64,000 nucleotides of DNA from Penicillus capitatus (taxonomy: Eukaryota; Plantae; Chlorophyta). This document shows, piece by piece, positions 27,691 to 40,899 of this stretch. The stretch spans positions 75,849-139,848 of the forward strand of contig OZ287698.1 in assembly GCA_965649825.1 (NCBI GenBank). Direction: 5' to 3'. The notes under the pieces were generated by a model. The model was not told the origin of the DNA. It saw only the letters and a list, made by a program, of their open reading frames with translations, and did not search any database. Numbering within the stretch: the first letter of the stretch is position 1; each line of letters starts with the position of its first letter. Position numbers and translations under genes: made by a program.

Positions 27691-28101
27691 TCATAATATC
27701 TTCGAGGGCCACGATATCAAAACTCGGACTTGGCTGGTGAAACGACGTTGACTCTGTGTTTTGTGCCGTCGTCTCCATGGTCTCTCAACAAATTCCTTGA
27801 TAATAGGGGCCGTTGACGCTGCTTCTTTGTGCAGAATTGACAAACGTTCTTTTGAACTCTTTGACAAAAAATCCGCGTCGGTGGTGTTCACGAAGCACCT
27901 TTGTTGCGATAAAATAGCTTTTTTTTGATAGAACCACGTGGTCAAGCCGGTTAAATACACGTCGCATAGTTTCGGTGCGCGTACCGGCAGTGAAGCTAGT
28001 TTTTCCTTGTCGTCGAAGTACGGTGAATCGAGAAGCGCCGACGGAGGACGTCGCGGAAATCGGCTTGCCTCAACCTTAGCTTCCATAACGAAGGCATCCA
28101 A
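27691..28101 (-). CDS. Possible hypothetical protein
   Basis: 136-aa ATG-initiated ORF, head-to-head with the transporter. No recognisable motif. Confidence 0.2.
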   Translation of the reverse strand: MDAFVMEAKVEASRFPRRPPSALLDSPYFDDKEKLASLPVRAPKLCDVYLTGLTTWFYQKKAILSQQRCFVNTTDADFLSKSSKERLSILHKEAASTAPIIKEFVERPWRRRHKTQSQRRFTSQVRVLISWPSKIL

Positions 28102-29679
28102 TGGCGCGTGAAGTTATTGAAGTGACCCCTCTGGTGACCAAACAGACACCATCCGCGCATCCACACCACAATCTCCTATACCAAACTCTCAAAGTTCTCG
28201 GACTCGTACTTCTCTGGTCTTCTGCATCTCCTGTCTTTGCTACGGTATGTCTGATGTCGATGATGTGACACATTAGGTATTTTTTCAGCACCCTCCTCAG
28301 TCTACTGAATCGACATTTGATCGGTCGCGAGGGCATCGAAGGGAGAGGAAAATTCCCTGCCCCTCTGCTCATGACTGGAATCCAGTTCTTTATTCAGTTC
28401 ATCATGTCGCACCTCTTTCTCGATCTGGGCCTCGTCGAGAGGCTCGAGAAGCACGAGGACATACTCACATGGCCACAGTACTTTAAGACAGGTATATGAA
28501 ATGGGCGGAGTTCGATCGGACCGAGTCGCTAACGTCTGTGGAGGTGCGAATGTGTAGTGGTTCCAAATGCCGTCTCGACGGGACTGGATATCGGATTCTC
28601 CAATCTATCGCTCCGCACCATCAGTCTCAGCTTCTACACCATGTGCAAATCGACGACGCCCATGTTTCTTCTGTTGTTTGCCTTCGTCTGGAAACTCGAA
28701 AAGCAAGCAATGGACAGAGGGGGCACACTCTTGGTACGAGAGAGATGTGGTGCTCAGGCCAAGTTGTAGTCTGTTTGGCATTATGTTTGTCATTTCATGT
28801 GGTATTCTTTTGCTTGTGTACGGAGAGACGAAATTTAGCTTCACTGGGTTCACCCTCGTGATGACGGCTTCCTGTTTGGCCGGTCTCAGATGGACACTCA
28901 CCCAACTCTTGCTGCAAGGACACCGAACATCGAAGCAAGGTTTGGTTCATCCGTCTTGACGAGACGGATGATGTGACAGCTCGTGCTCAGGTGCAGGCGG
29001 CCCATCAAATAGTGGACCCTTAGAACTGCTTGAAAAACTGACGCCAAGTATGTCACCACACGAGTGGCCTTCGCAATGGTGATGACATCACTGTTGCCTC
29101 CAGTCATGTCCGTTGTGGTGTTGCTGGTCTCCCTCTGTGTTGAGAGATGGCATCAGCTTCCCCAATCCCTCTACTTCAATGACGTCGAGCGATCACTCCT
29201 GACCCTAGGGATGATCTCCGCCCTCGGAGTGATCGCCTTTCTCATGGTAACCACCCCATCCATAGAGAAGCACGCGGCAGAGCGATCTGTGCGTTGCAGG
29301 TGTGGACAGAATTTAAAGTGATTAAAGAGACTTCTGCTCTGACATTCATGGTAGCCGGAACGTGCAAGGAAATCGTCACAGGTATACCCACGTCCCAACC
29401 CATCGCCATTTTCCATGCATACATCTCCGCTGCCCTTCAGTTTTGGCGGCTATTGTCTTCTTCCACGAAGCTTTTGGGCCAATAAATGCGCTCGGATTAA
29501 TCGTGTTGATTTTGGGAGTGAGCCTATTCAATGTGCACAAGTACAACAAGATGCAGAAACACCAGAAACCACACCGCCATGAAGATACTCAGCTGGAAAT
29601 GGATTCTTCACAGACCATGAGGGATCAAGAATTGACACAGCTCCCAACCGAGTCGTCCATTGTAGCCAGACGTGTGTAA
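28101..29679 (+). CDS. Nucleotide-sugar/triose-phosphate transporter family, SLC35C2-like, multi-exon
   Basis: FPAPLLMT, VPNAVSTGLDIGFSNLSLRTISLSFYTMCKSTTPMF, LAGLRWTLTQLLLQ, TSALTFMVAGTCKEIVT and multiple TM segments. Confidence 0.85.
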
Positions 29680-31524
29680 TAAATACATCACCAGCTGTCA
29701 TCGCATTGATTGACGTGACATGACGTGACGCGAGCTTCTTATTTGTTTTGGCGGATGCCGCGTTACTGAACTTGCTACGCACGTCAACTAACTGCCATGC
29801 AGAACGCGCTCGCGGATTTTGCCGTCGGCGCCTTGGCCCCTGGAGTGAATGTACAGCCGCGCCTTTTGCAACAGTCATGTGCGGAAAGGCGCCATCTGTG
29901 TCCCCATAGAAACCTACCCTAGCCATTCTCAACGTAACATGCTTCGCTTGCGTGGCATGTCTTGTCGCATGGCTGGTCGTCAGCTGGCATACCGCACCCT
30001 TCCTCGTACCACACGTTGGATTCCTGCTCCTCCTCGCGCTTGGCCTGTGGTTCCTGATCAATTGGTAGAGACGGCGTCTTATACAGACCGTCTATGGATA
30101 GTGGTATCCGTAGGTTCGTCGCCAACGTGGGACTGGTGGACGTTGAGCGACAGAAGCGCGATCTGGGTCTTGCCTTGGAGAAGACCACCAAATGTGGTTA
30201 GCAGTCCATCCTGCGTAAAAGAGCTCATCTAGTGAGGATTTCTGTACCGGATCATCTATATCGAGGTCGGAACTTTGAAGGATTGGCGACGCTGGGAGGC
30301 ACACGTCGGATGACATGGTGGATTTAAGCATGACCTCTTGTTAGACGCGCCATGATCGTCCGCCGTGTATTGTGCAGTCGTTGATAGTCTTTTCGTTCTC
30401 TTTCTCCGTCTGAAACGCGTCGACCACTAGATTCTCACCATGTCCACGATTATGACTTCCTCCTCTGCTTCAGTGAACGCAACGGTGGGGTCGATGCTGA
30501 CCGAGCGTCGCACAAGAGTCAATTCGTTGTGCCTCGTAGACGCGAATTCGGAGATTCTTCTGGCCCCGTGCGAGTCCGTCACCACAGGATGTCAGCGAAG
30601 ACGTTGATGACACGGCATCCACGACAACGACAGAGAGCAATGTCGTCAAATCGACAACTTACGACCGTTTGTTAAGTATGCTTGACCGTCTCGCAGCGGC
30701 ACGGGTATGCATCGACGCATGACAGGCGGCGAGATGGGATGGTCTGCCGAGACGTCTTACGTCGAAACGGTTCTCAGTGTTCAGTGTGAGACAGACATGG
30801 ATCTTATTGCCTTGTTCAATGAAAGCTGAAGAATTCAGAGTCCCTCAATTTTATTCCGAGTGGGTATTGTTTCTCGAGTAGATAGACTCTGGTGGGATAA
30901 AGGAGATACGATTGGTTTATTTTTCCTCTGCGGTCGGTCTATTTCAGATGTACTTTGCGCTCAACATCATAAGTCTCGTTCCTGGATATGGAACCCGTCC
31001 GTCCTCCAGTTGTGTCTGTCGAAATTCAGAAGCTGTGTTTGACCAGGACTCTTCTTGGATATCTATCTGTCTGACCGTGGTGAATGTATGTATGTCCGTA
31101 CGTATGTGGATTTTTTATTCCAGGCAACTTTCACAAATGCGTGTCTCCAATTGTCTGTACAAATGATGGTACAGTCATTCACGATAAACGTCATGGAGCC
31201 AATCTGACGCATAGAACTCGCCATATGTCCTTGCCATGAATTATTCCCATTTCGTGATCATAGACTTATCTATTGACTGCTGGCAGGCTGGTTTAGTCCA
31301 TCTATGAGGCGGTAGTTCTATGCAACTAAATCAACAACAGGTCTGCAAGTTACTTCGTTGCTCGATGGTCCAAGAACGAGATTAATTAGTGGCTGACAAT
31401 GTGTCATTTTTCCCTTTCCCTTTAGTAAAGACGAAATTGCTGGCTGTAGATGTGACAGGTAGTGGTGATGCGTCGCATCATTTTATCTCCCAACTTCGAA
31501 CGAACCGACGGACGAGCACATTTC

Positions 31525-33067
31525 ATGAAGCTGAAAGGAAGAAGCTTCAGACGCGGCCAAGAGGGCCACGCCACCCTCATCCCCGAACACGGTATGCGCA
31601 AAGGGCCGTAGCAGTTAGAGGTATAGGCGCATCACAGGCGAAGATTTGTGGCACGTGTACAATCTCGTCCGCGAAGGCGATGAAATCGCAAGCATGACAC
31701 AAAGAAAGGTGACACGGGCAGGCGCCAAGAGTGGCGAATCTGAAACCATTCGGCTCAAACTAAACATCAAAGTGGAAGGTATCGATTTCGATGTGGAAGG
31801 AGAGGAGATTCGACTCAAGGGTCGCAATCTCACCGAAACCGAACACGTTCGGCTCGGTGCCTATCACACACTCGTCCTTCAGCCAAACAAGTAGAGACGG
31901 CGTATGTCTATGCCTGGAGACACGTGTCGTGGCACTGCAGGGCATTCACGCTGAACAAAACGATGTGGGATTCGATCGATGCGGATCGTGTCCATCAGTC
32001 GTGCGACGTTGCAGCAACGGCAGATTTGGCCGTCCTGTTGATCACGGTGCGTCTCCTGAGGACCAGTGCCGGGGTGAGCTGTCGCGACAGGATGGCCTTG
32101 GCCAGTTGTTTCTGATCGGAAGCCACGCGACGCTTTCCAAAGGCACAATCGAACAGAGTCTCCCACGAAAGCGCGGAGCTGCAGCAATGGGATATGAGAA
32201 AGCATGGGAGTCCTTCATGAACAAGGTATCCGTTTCCATCCCTACTGAAGATGCCACCGCGTGTACGCAGATGTACATGTGTGTCGAAAAGAATGTGGAT
32301 TTCGGCGTCATTCGGTGTTTGGTCATCGCCGGGCCTGGATTTGCCAAAGATGCCTTTAAGCAGTACCTGAACGAGGAAGCCGTTCGACGCAGCCATAAGC
32401 ATCTCGCAGATCACAGAGATAAAGTACTGACGGCGGCTGCCTCGACAGCCTACAAGCATGGACTCAAAGTGAGGTACGAGAAGCGCTGCTCTTCGCAGAG
32501 GACCAACTCATAGGAAGTTCTCTCCGATGCCTCGATCGCCAGTCAGATTCAGAATACCAAAGCTATGAAAGAAGTCAAGGCCCTGAACGATTTTCACAAG
32601 ATGCTTGCCCACGATAGCGGCCGAGCCTTCTACGGACCTGGCAAGCACCACCCACCCTTTGCGATGTGTTCGATCGATGGGCTATCTTCAGGTCATGTAC
32701 TGGAGGCGGCAAAGGTCGGAGCCATCGATTCGCTTCTCATTTCGGACACTCTTTTCCGCAGCAGTCACCTCAAGAAACGCACCAGGTCGGTCGCATATGT
32801 CTAACCGCGGCAGTCTCAATGGCCACGTAGGTTTGTGCAACTCGTGGATGAGGTACAAGCGTCAGGGGGGAATGCTTTCATCTTTTCCACCGCACATGTC
32901 TCAGGCACAGACCCTTGCTTTACTGCCCCACAATGTGAGGACATACCTCTGTATCGCATTTAGGCGAGCAGCTCAATCAGCTCAGTGGAATCGCCGCCAT
33001 TCTGCGTTATCCTCTACCCGAGATCGAAGAGATGGAATTCGACGATGAAGAGGCACTGTTTGGATAA
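31525..33067 (+). CDS. PELO: Pelota/Dom34 ribosome rescue factor, multi-exon
   Basis: EDLWHVYNLVREGD, RLGAYHTL, WDSIDADR, ADLAVLLIT, LVIAGPGFAKD, RAFYGPGHV and HVSGEQLNQLSGIAAILRYPLP. Confidence 0.93.
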
Positions 33068-33117
33068 GTCTGTCTGTCCGTCTCCTGTCATCTCGTCTGT
33101 TCGTACATTGTCAGATC

Positions 33118-34514
33118 ATGCGCGTTCGCGTTCTGCGTTTGACGCCCAGCCTAAAACGATACGTGCATTCGCAGATCGGTCCCGCGAGCGAGAGAAGGAC
33201 GATTTCGGACGCCTCCCTCGTCAAGAGTGCGATTTCTATGACGACCACCTGTCGGAGCGGCGGCTGTGTGATACAGGCACCGTCGTGCGACTGCCAAAAA
33301 CGGCACGACTGAACTCCTGTCGACGGGGTCACATCACGTGGAACGAAGGAAAGCCAAAGAATGCCCTGCTGGTTAAAAAACGACAGAACCTTGAGGCCAG
33401 CAGTGCCCTGAGACGCATCGGCGAATGGCTGCAGCATCGCGACATTCATGTTCTGGTCGAGAAGACGGTGAAAGAACACGAGTTCCCCGACTTTCAGGCA
33501 ACTTCTTCGCAGCTTCCCCTCTCAACGCATCGTCCTTCAGGCATTTGACCCAGATACGTCGGATGTCGATCTCTGTGTGACACTCGGCGGTGATGGGACT
33601 GTTTTGCATCTGGCGTCCCTGTTTGAAGAGGATTTGCCTCTGCCGCCTGTCATGAGCTTTGCTATGGGGACACTGGGATTCCTGACCCCCTTTGATGTGA
33701 CGCATTTTGAGCACCACTTCAATCGCGTCCTACAAGATTTTGACACCGATGTCGAGTGCACACTCAGATCGCGAAAGAGATGCGAAGTCATCACCGCAAG
33801 CGGCAAGACGGGAACGGTAGGCACATCCAAACTCCTTCTCCAGCCGCCATTTCTGCGCTTATGTACTAGACGCATCATGTGCTTAACGAATGTATCATCG
33901 ATCGAGGTGCTTCGCAGAGGTAAGGTTGGATGGATGCCTTTCGCAGAGACTGAGATGGAGTGGTGTCGTGTGTGATGGCAGTACCATCACCGTCGAGATT
34001 TTTGTGGACGATGCATACGTCGCGAGCGTATGTGCCGATGGCTTGATCGTTGCGACACCCTCTGGATCAACGGCCTATTCCATGACGGCTGGTGGTCCAA
34101 TGGTGGCACCATCTGTACCGTGCGCCATCATCACTCCCGTCGCCCCTCTTTCACTATCTTTCCGGCCGTTGGTCATTCCCGAAACGTCGGAAGTGGTGCT
34201 GCACGTTTCGTCCGAATCCAAATCCATCGCCCGAGCCAGCTTTGATGGCAGAAGACAAGCACGGTCAGCATTTTCTGACGCTCTGTTCACCACGCCAACC
34301 ATTTCTGTGCGCCGCCAGTCTTCCGAGACAGAGTTCCATTCGTTTGACATCTTCGACGTATCCGCTTCCTCTGATTAACATCGGGAAGTATGATGCCGAC
34401 TGGTATGAGGGTATCACGCAGAAGCTCAAGTGGAATCAGTCGATCGGGGAGCCGCCAAAACTCTCACAGAATCATTATATCGTGAACTCTGCATTAAGAA
34501 AGAAATCTCGCTGA
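33118..34514 (+). CDS. NADK: NAD kinase with probable organellar targeting peptide, multi-exon
   Basis: VTLGGDGTVL, SFAMGTLGFL, ADGLIVATPSGSTAYSMTAGG, PLSLSFRP and KLKWN. Start modelled from ATG 33118 with a gtgcga..cag intron at ~33226-33276. Confidence 0.88.
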
Positions 34515-34529
34515 TCCAAGGGAACGGGT

Positions 34530-35990
34530 GCTTTATTCATTGGGTCCCTCCTCGTGCTTCGAGAAGGGCTCCGTCTGTTGCTGGAGATGGTTAAGAGTGT
34601 GCTTCACAGCCGCCAGAGCATCCGCCTACAACGTAGCGTTTGTATTTGCCGTGTACAGAATTTCCAGTCTGGGAAGACTTGAGTGTGTAATGCGATGGCT
34701 TCTTTCATTTCACGCATACGTTTGATCGAATCCATCACCTAGAAAACACACATCTGCAAACATCACGTATCCCCTGTAGCCAACGGACCTGCATCAGCTG
34801 TCGGTACATATGCATAATGCCCTTGGCAAGGGGACCAATACCCTCCAACGGCTTTGGCTCCTTCTTAACACACTACAGAAGAGCAGACGTGTTTATGCTA
34901 CCACACATACCATGCTTACCGCTGGAAATTTTAATACAAATTTCTGCACTTCGTCGTTGAACTGCTGAAACGTCTGGCGCAGTAGTTGCAAAGCATCCTC
35001 GTGGACCTTCTCGTTCAAAGACTGCATCCACACAAGCCTGTCTGTCGTCTTTGCAGATTTCATTCTCGATGGAGACGCACCGAGGGACGCAGATGTGTCA
35101 GGACATCTTTGGCATTGGACGGAGACAATTCCAGCGCTTTGAATTCTGCCTTGAAGTGATCTCTGAGTGACAGCACCTCTTGGAATGCCAAATGCAAGTG
35201 CTCCTCCACATTCTCTCTGTCAACCGACGCCGTTGTCACATCGATGGGATACGTTCCACAGACGCACTTAAACGACGCCGCTTCCTGTTTGATATTGGCT
35301 GGAAACAGATCCATATCGATCTTCAGAAGGTCCTTCAGTCTGGAACACCCTGCATCGAAGAGGGCCATGTTCGACATGAATCCATCCAAACCCGTCAGCG
35401 ACACATCAACCATCTGCTCTGCTTTGTCCACACCCCCTGCAGCAAAGGGATGTCTGTTGTGCTGCTCTGCACGAGGGAGATCATGACATCACTGGCGCAC
35501 CGGCATTGCTCTCTTCCATAATGTCGATGATTTCGAGGGTCGACTCAATGAAGACGTTGCACCGAGAACAAGTGCCCTGCAAGACGCGCCATGACATGAG
35601 AGGCGTGTACTTCTGTGCGACTCGGGAGAGAACCAGTATGTTCGCCATTGTCACATTTGCCAGCCCCAGTTGCGAAAAGAGATGACAGAAACCTGCTGAC
35701 AGGCGTACGTGAGCGAAGCAGATCTGTCTGCCTGCCAAGCATCTGCTGTACCCTTTGCCGTCGACGTCACTTCGTCATCGATGGACTGCTGAACCGAAGC
35801 GATCTCTGCCAGCGCCGTCTGTATCTGTCGCTCGTTTCCTTGACAGAGTCTGAGAAACTGTTGCCTTCTCTGAGCGATCTCGCTGCCCTCACTTGCGCAC
35901 GAAGAAATGCAAAACGCGTTTTCTGTCCGACCACAATCGCAGATCCGAAGACTGCAGCGACGCGATATCGAAACCAATGACCTCAAGCTG
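34530..35990 (-). CDS. Hypothetical protein, multi-exon
   Basis: Successive protein-like minus ORFs (35651-35986, 35481-35738, 35060-35431, ~34900-35040) between NADK and DDM1. Family not recognised. Confidence 0.45.
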
Positions 35991-36114
35991 CCGCAAGAGC
36001 TGCATCGTAAACACGCGCGAGCGAACGGGCGACGGACGTCACATCACGTCAATCGATCATCTAAACGGCATCTCTTCTTTAACTAGTATCTATCGATCGA
36101 TTGGATATTTGGGA

Positions 36115-39000
36115 CTAGTCTGTATCGATATTGGGAAGAATGCACGATACTTCTGTCTTGGTGACTACTTCGTATCCTGGACCTTGTGATGGGTACGGCA
36201 GTTTCGCACTCGATTCCTTGTTCATGAGATGCGTTCGATTGAGGAGTCGCTCCAACATCTCATCCGAAACGACCTCTCTTTGAATCGCATCCTCCAAAGA
36301 GACATCCGATTTCAGCAAAGGCAGGATCTCTTCCACACTCATGGACACATCGGTATCGTCGTTCTGCCAAACACCCTTAAGAACGGCAGGCGAGATCGTG
36401 CATGTTGTCTCACTTTGAGATGGTCTCCTTGAAAAGCACCTTTCTTCATCACAATACGCTCGAGCACCACTTTGTTGGCTGCACGTCTGGGATCCGCACA
36501 TACTGAGAGACTGCCAAAGGGGAGGTCCGGCGTTTACCGGATCATGCTTCCTTCTACGGACTGTGCTGTCACGAGGCGGAGGACAAGGACAGGTCGACTC
36601 TGGCCAATACGATGGCAGCGATCCATTGCCTAAAAACGAATTGCTTTACAAGGGCGTCCTCTACCAAGAAAAGCGCTTGCTTGAAAATCCTGTTGGGGGT
36701 TCCAGTCACTGTCGTAGATGATCACCGTGTCTGCCGCCGTCAGGTTGATACCGAGGCCGCCCGCTCGAGTCGTCAGAAGAAAAAGCCAGAGATTGGAGTC
36801 GGCATTGAAGCGGCGCATATTCTCTTGGCGCTCGTGCAGCTTGACAGAACCGTCGAGTCTGCATGGATCCTCCCCTTTCTCTGCCAAGTAATAGTCCAAG
36901 ATGTCCAGCATCCTCTTCATCTGCGAAAAGATCAGGACTTTATGTCCATTCGCCTTCAGACGCCTCAAGATTCTGTCAAGCAGCCGAAGCTTTCCGCACT
37001 GTTCTAACAACTGTGCGGCTGGTGGATACTCAATGTCGCCATCGTATCCCCCTTCAAACCCAAACAGCTTCACTCAAAGAGCCGTTCATAGCCGAAACGG
37101 CAATCCATCGACCTGTAATGAGATCAGGGTGGTTGCAGTTCTTTCGCATTTGCATGCAGATGTGTCTCAACTTTCCTTTTGTGAGGCCAACGACATTGTT
37201 GAGTCGTAGACCTTCTTCCAGACGAACCTGTCAGGCAGAAGAAGTTCGCAGGCATGGTGGTGATGTTCGTTCAAGAGGGGTCAGGGGTACATACAATGAG
37301 AGACTTGTCGAGGAGGCCATCGTTGATTTTGACTTGGTAGGGCGTCATGTGTGCATACAGCACAATCTCTTGCTTGGCTGGAAGTTCCAAATCCACATCT
37401 GCTTTGAGGCGTCGGAGAAAGAAAGGACGCAGAATGCTGTGAAGCTTAGAGACGATGCGATCTCGCTGTTCAGCCGCCACAATGGCCTGCAGAAACACAA
37501 CACGTGTGCGAACATGCAATGTGCCAGCAGCAGATGACCTGTCTTCCTTGGAGGCGATCGACGCCCGAGAAATCGAACCACTCTTCGAATGTCTCCAGCC
37601 GAGTGAAAATATCTGGCAAGATGAAATTCAAGATGCTCCACAATTCGCTCAGAGAATTCTGTAGCGGAGTGCCTAAGACAGGACTCAGAATTTCTTGCCT
37701 CTATGCACAAGAGGTACCTGTCAAGAGCACTTTGCTCTCTGCCTTGACTTCTCGGAGACAGCGCAGTAGTTTGCATTTGAAATTCTTCAGTCGGTGTCCT
37801 TCGTCGATGATCAGACTCTTGAAATCGAACTTTTTGAGAAAGTTCAGGTCATTCATTGTGATTTCATAAGTCGTCACTATCGTCGGAAAATCGGCCGTGA
37901 TGGGACCTGCCACACCCAACGGTCCATTTCCTGTTCGGTAGAGAGACACACCTGAGAGTCTGGCTTTCAGGATATTGCGCTCTTCCCTTGTCCCGTGGTA
38001 CATAATGGCAGGAAGAGACGGCGACCATTTGCGGAACTCCATCACCCAGTTGCCAATGGTGGACAAGGGTGCCACCACCAGAAAGGGTCCCAGTATGCCG
38101 TTGTGGCGTAGGTGTGAAAGAAATCCAATCGTCTGTATCTGCACCACCATTCCAACCGTCCTCCTCTACCGACCCAAGACCGATAGCTCACTGTCTTGCC
38201 AAGGCCCATCTCGTCAGCAAGGATGCCGTTGATTCCGTTCTGGTACAGAGAGATCAACCAGAAGACACCCTTCAGTTGATATGACCTCAACTCGCCTTCG
38301 ATCAGCGGCAGCAATTCCTGCAATCATATGCCCCACACTTATGGCACGCTTGAGCACGAGTTGGGTGCCAGACCTGTGTGGGGGTCTTTGCTTTTCTCTG
38401 CTTTTTTGGTTGGAGTCTCGTGCCAGATCGACTTCTCTTGGCGCCGTTTTTTCTTTGACCCTCCTCCACTGCTGCCAATCCTAACTGCTCCTCCTCCATT
38501 TGCTCGATCTGTTCCCTGTCCGTCCAATATCCTTGCATTCTCCGCATCCGAGCATCCAAGCCTACCTCAAGATCTTGGTAAACAGTCCCGTCCTGTCCAG
38601 CATCGTATTCAGTTTGGCGAAGCTGGATTCGCTCAGCACACTCGATGCGGCTTCCTGCACATCCACACGCACAAACTCGCGTTGACCCGAGTCATCTCGA
38701 CGGAGAGGGATCAAACATGTGCTGACTCTTCTGTCGCCTCTTGATTCTCGCGTTCGCGTCTGAGTCGTGCCTCCTCTTCTCTGAACTCGACAGTAACGCA
38801 GTCTTCGCTGTCACTTGACTGCACAAGAACATTCTCCGCGCCATCGTGACCGCATATGTGGGTACCTCCGAGGCGTCCTCCTCCTCCGCTTTGCTGTTTT
38901 CTAACCCGACGTCCTTCAGCGACCCGCTCGGCGCACGACCGTCTATCGACTGCACCACGGCGCCGTGAACGACAAGGCTGAGAGAAGAACGTATCCACTG
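36115..39000 (-). CDS. DDM1: SNF2-family chromatin remodeller DDM1/LSH (HELLS), multi-exon; start approximate
   Basis: [106 protein letters not shown]. No bromo or chromo domains. Confidence 0.9.
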
Positions 39001-39330
39001 ACCTTCTTTTTGCTCGTCGGAGGCGGCATTTGCAGGATCTACTCGTAACGTCCCGTGCCCGGCAGAGATACGATAGAAGCGCAAAACCTAAGGTTCTGTC
39101 GCTTAACCGTCTTTTCAAAACTGTGAATGCAGCTGCGAGCGTTGTTCACAACAGCGGTTGTCAAGAAACGTACGTGACTGTCATCATTCCATCTCCTGAC
39201 CGACGACTGGTGTAACAACGACTGTGGGACTGCAGAGTGTACTCTCGTGGCGAACACTCTCCTCCAAAGCATCACCGTCTACCGAACTCAGTCGAGCACG
39301 ACAAAGACGGTTCACCTGAAGGTCGCCGAC

Positions 39331-40785
39331 ATGATTCCTGGGGCACAGGCCGAGACATTCTACAAACGAAAATTGCCATGTCCCCCGGCAACCGAATTCT
39401 CTTCACAACACGGTGGGCCCGGTGATGTCGGTCAGAGATACTCGATAGGTAGTGGTTCATCCATGATGCAGGGATTGCCTTGTTTCAAGAGGCTTTTAGT
39501 GACGGGACAATGTTGGGTTTCTTTAAACTGGTGGAGCAGTATCGAACACAAACAGAACCTGCGTTTTGTGGTCTGACAAGCGTGGCGATGGTTCTGAATG
39601 CACTGTCTATTGATCCTCGACGCACATGGAAGGCGCCATGGAGATGGTTTGATGAGACGCTCCTCGACTGCTGCAAACCGCTCTCCCTCGTCCAGAAAAA
39701 TGGACTCGATCTTGTTCAGGTGTACGCCTCTCTGATGGATATGGCCTGAGAGTGTGGTCGTGGAGGCGGCGTGTTTGGCACGATGCAATGGAGCGGAAGT
39801 GAGGATGCAGTATTCTGGCTCTTTCGAAATGAATGAATTTCGTGAGCTCGTTAGAGAATGCTGTACAACGGGGGAGCAGCATCTGATCGCCCATTACTCC
39901 CGCAAGACGTTGAGTCAAACAGGCGATGGTCATTTCAGTCCTGTCGGAGGTTATCACGCCGGACAAGACATGGTCCTCATTCTCGACACCGTACGTCACA
40001 TCACACCGATCGATAGAGATAAGACACGGCGGTGGTGGATTGCAGGCGCGGTTCAAGTATCCCCCTCACTGGGTGCCACTAGAGCTGTTGTTCAAGGCCA
40101 TGGATGAGGTCGATGTCGTTTCTGGGCGAAAACGGGGCTATATACTGATGAAGGCTCCGGAGAGACCCATCTCGCTGTGCTATACGCTGAGTCGTAGTCA
40201 GGAGAGTTGGACAAAGGCAGAGCAGTACATTCGTTCGGATGCTCCCAAGCTGTTCAATGAAATGGCATCGAGGGGGGCGTCTCTCGAAGCCATCGTACGA
40301 GAACTGGTCATGCAATGTCCCATACAAAGTGTTCAGAAATTTGTGGCCGTCCGCGTCAGTAGCTGTGACTGTGCGACAGATGATACCCCTCAGACAGCCC
40401 ATCTGAATTCCGCTCGCGTCGTTGAGGAACTGCAGAGCCTACCTCTCTATCAAGTCCCATCCACGTCACATCACTGCCCACCTCTGTTGTCATGCGAGAT
40501 TTTTAGGAAGTTGAGAAGAACCTGGAAAGCACAGCGACGGCATCGTCGGATGAAGGTCAGGCAGGTCAAGTGACAGCCCTGTTGTTGCTGAGGACACCAG
40601 ATCAGTGGGTGGAGGCGAATGTATACCCAGAGATCCGACAACAGCTCGATGCGTGGATGGATCTTTCGAGGAATCCCCTTATCAAAACAGAGATTGCCTT
40701 TCTAAAGCATCAGATGGACATCCTCGTGGCGGCTGGAGAACTCCAAGCACCCGATCACAACACATATCGATCCATAGGCATGTGA
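39331..40785 (+). CDS. PCS: Phytochelatin synthase (full length), multi-exon
   Basis: FYKRKLP, catalytic Cys in QTEPAFCG, WKAPWRWFDETLLDCC, His in GDGHFSPVGGY, Asp in LILD, ARFKYPPHWV. Confidence 0.92.
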
Positions 40786-40899
40786 TCTCCTCGACTTGAC
40801 AAGTGTCTCAAGATCCTACTGGATTTTCCCTTACATTCTTTCGTCCTCTTCTATATCTTAATTAAGCGTATGGGTGCGTCTGGTGAGGTGTCAGCTTTT

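Noticed and set aside
29700-31450. Short minus ORFs suggesting a gene
   Set aside because: No coherent spliced model or motif could be built.
33040-33340. Pelota-NADK protein fusion
   Set aside because: No GT/GC donor joins the frames in phase, and NADK has its own ATG model via a 51-nt gtgcga..cag intron.
39000-39331. Head-to-head DDM1/PCS (and ATAD1/ABCF4) promoters as functional coupling
   Set aside because: Expected by chance in such a compact genome, with no shared motif seen.
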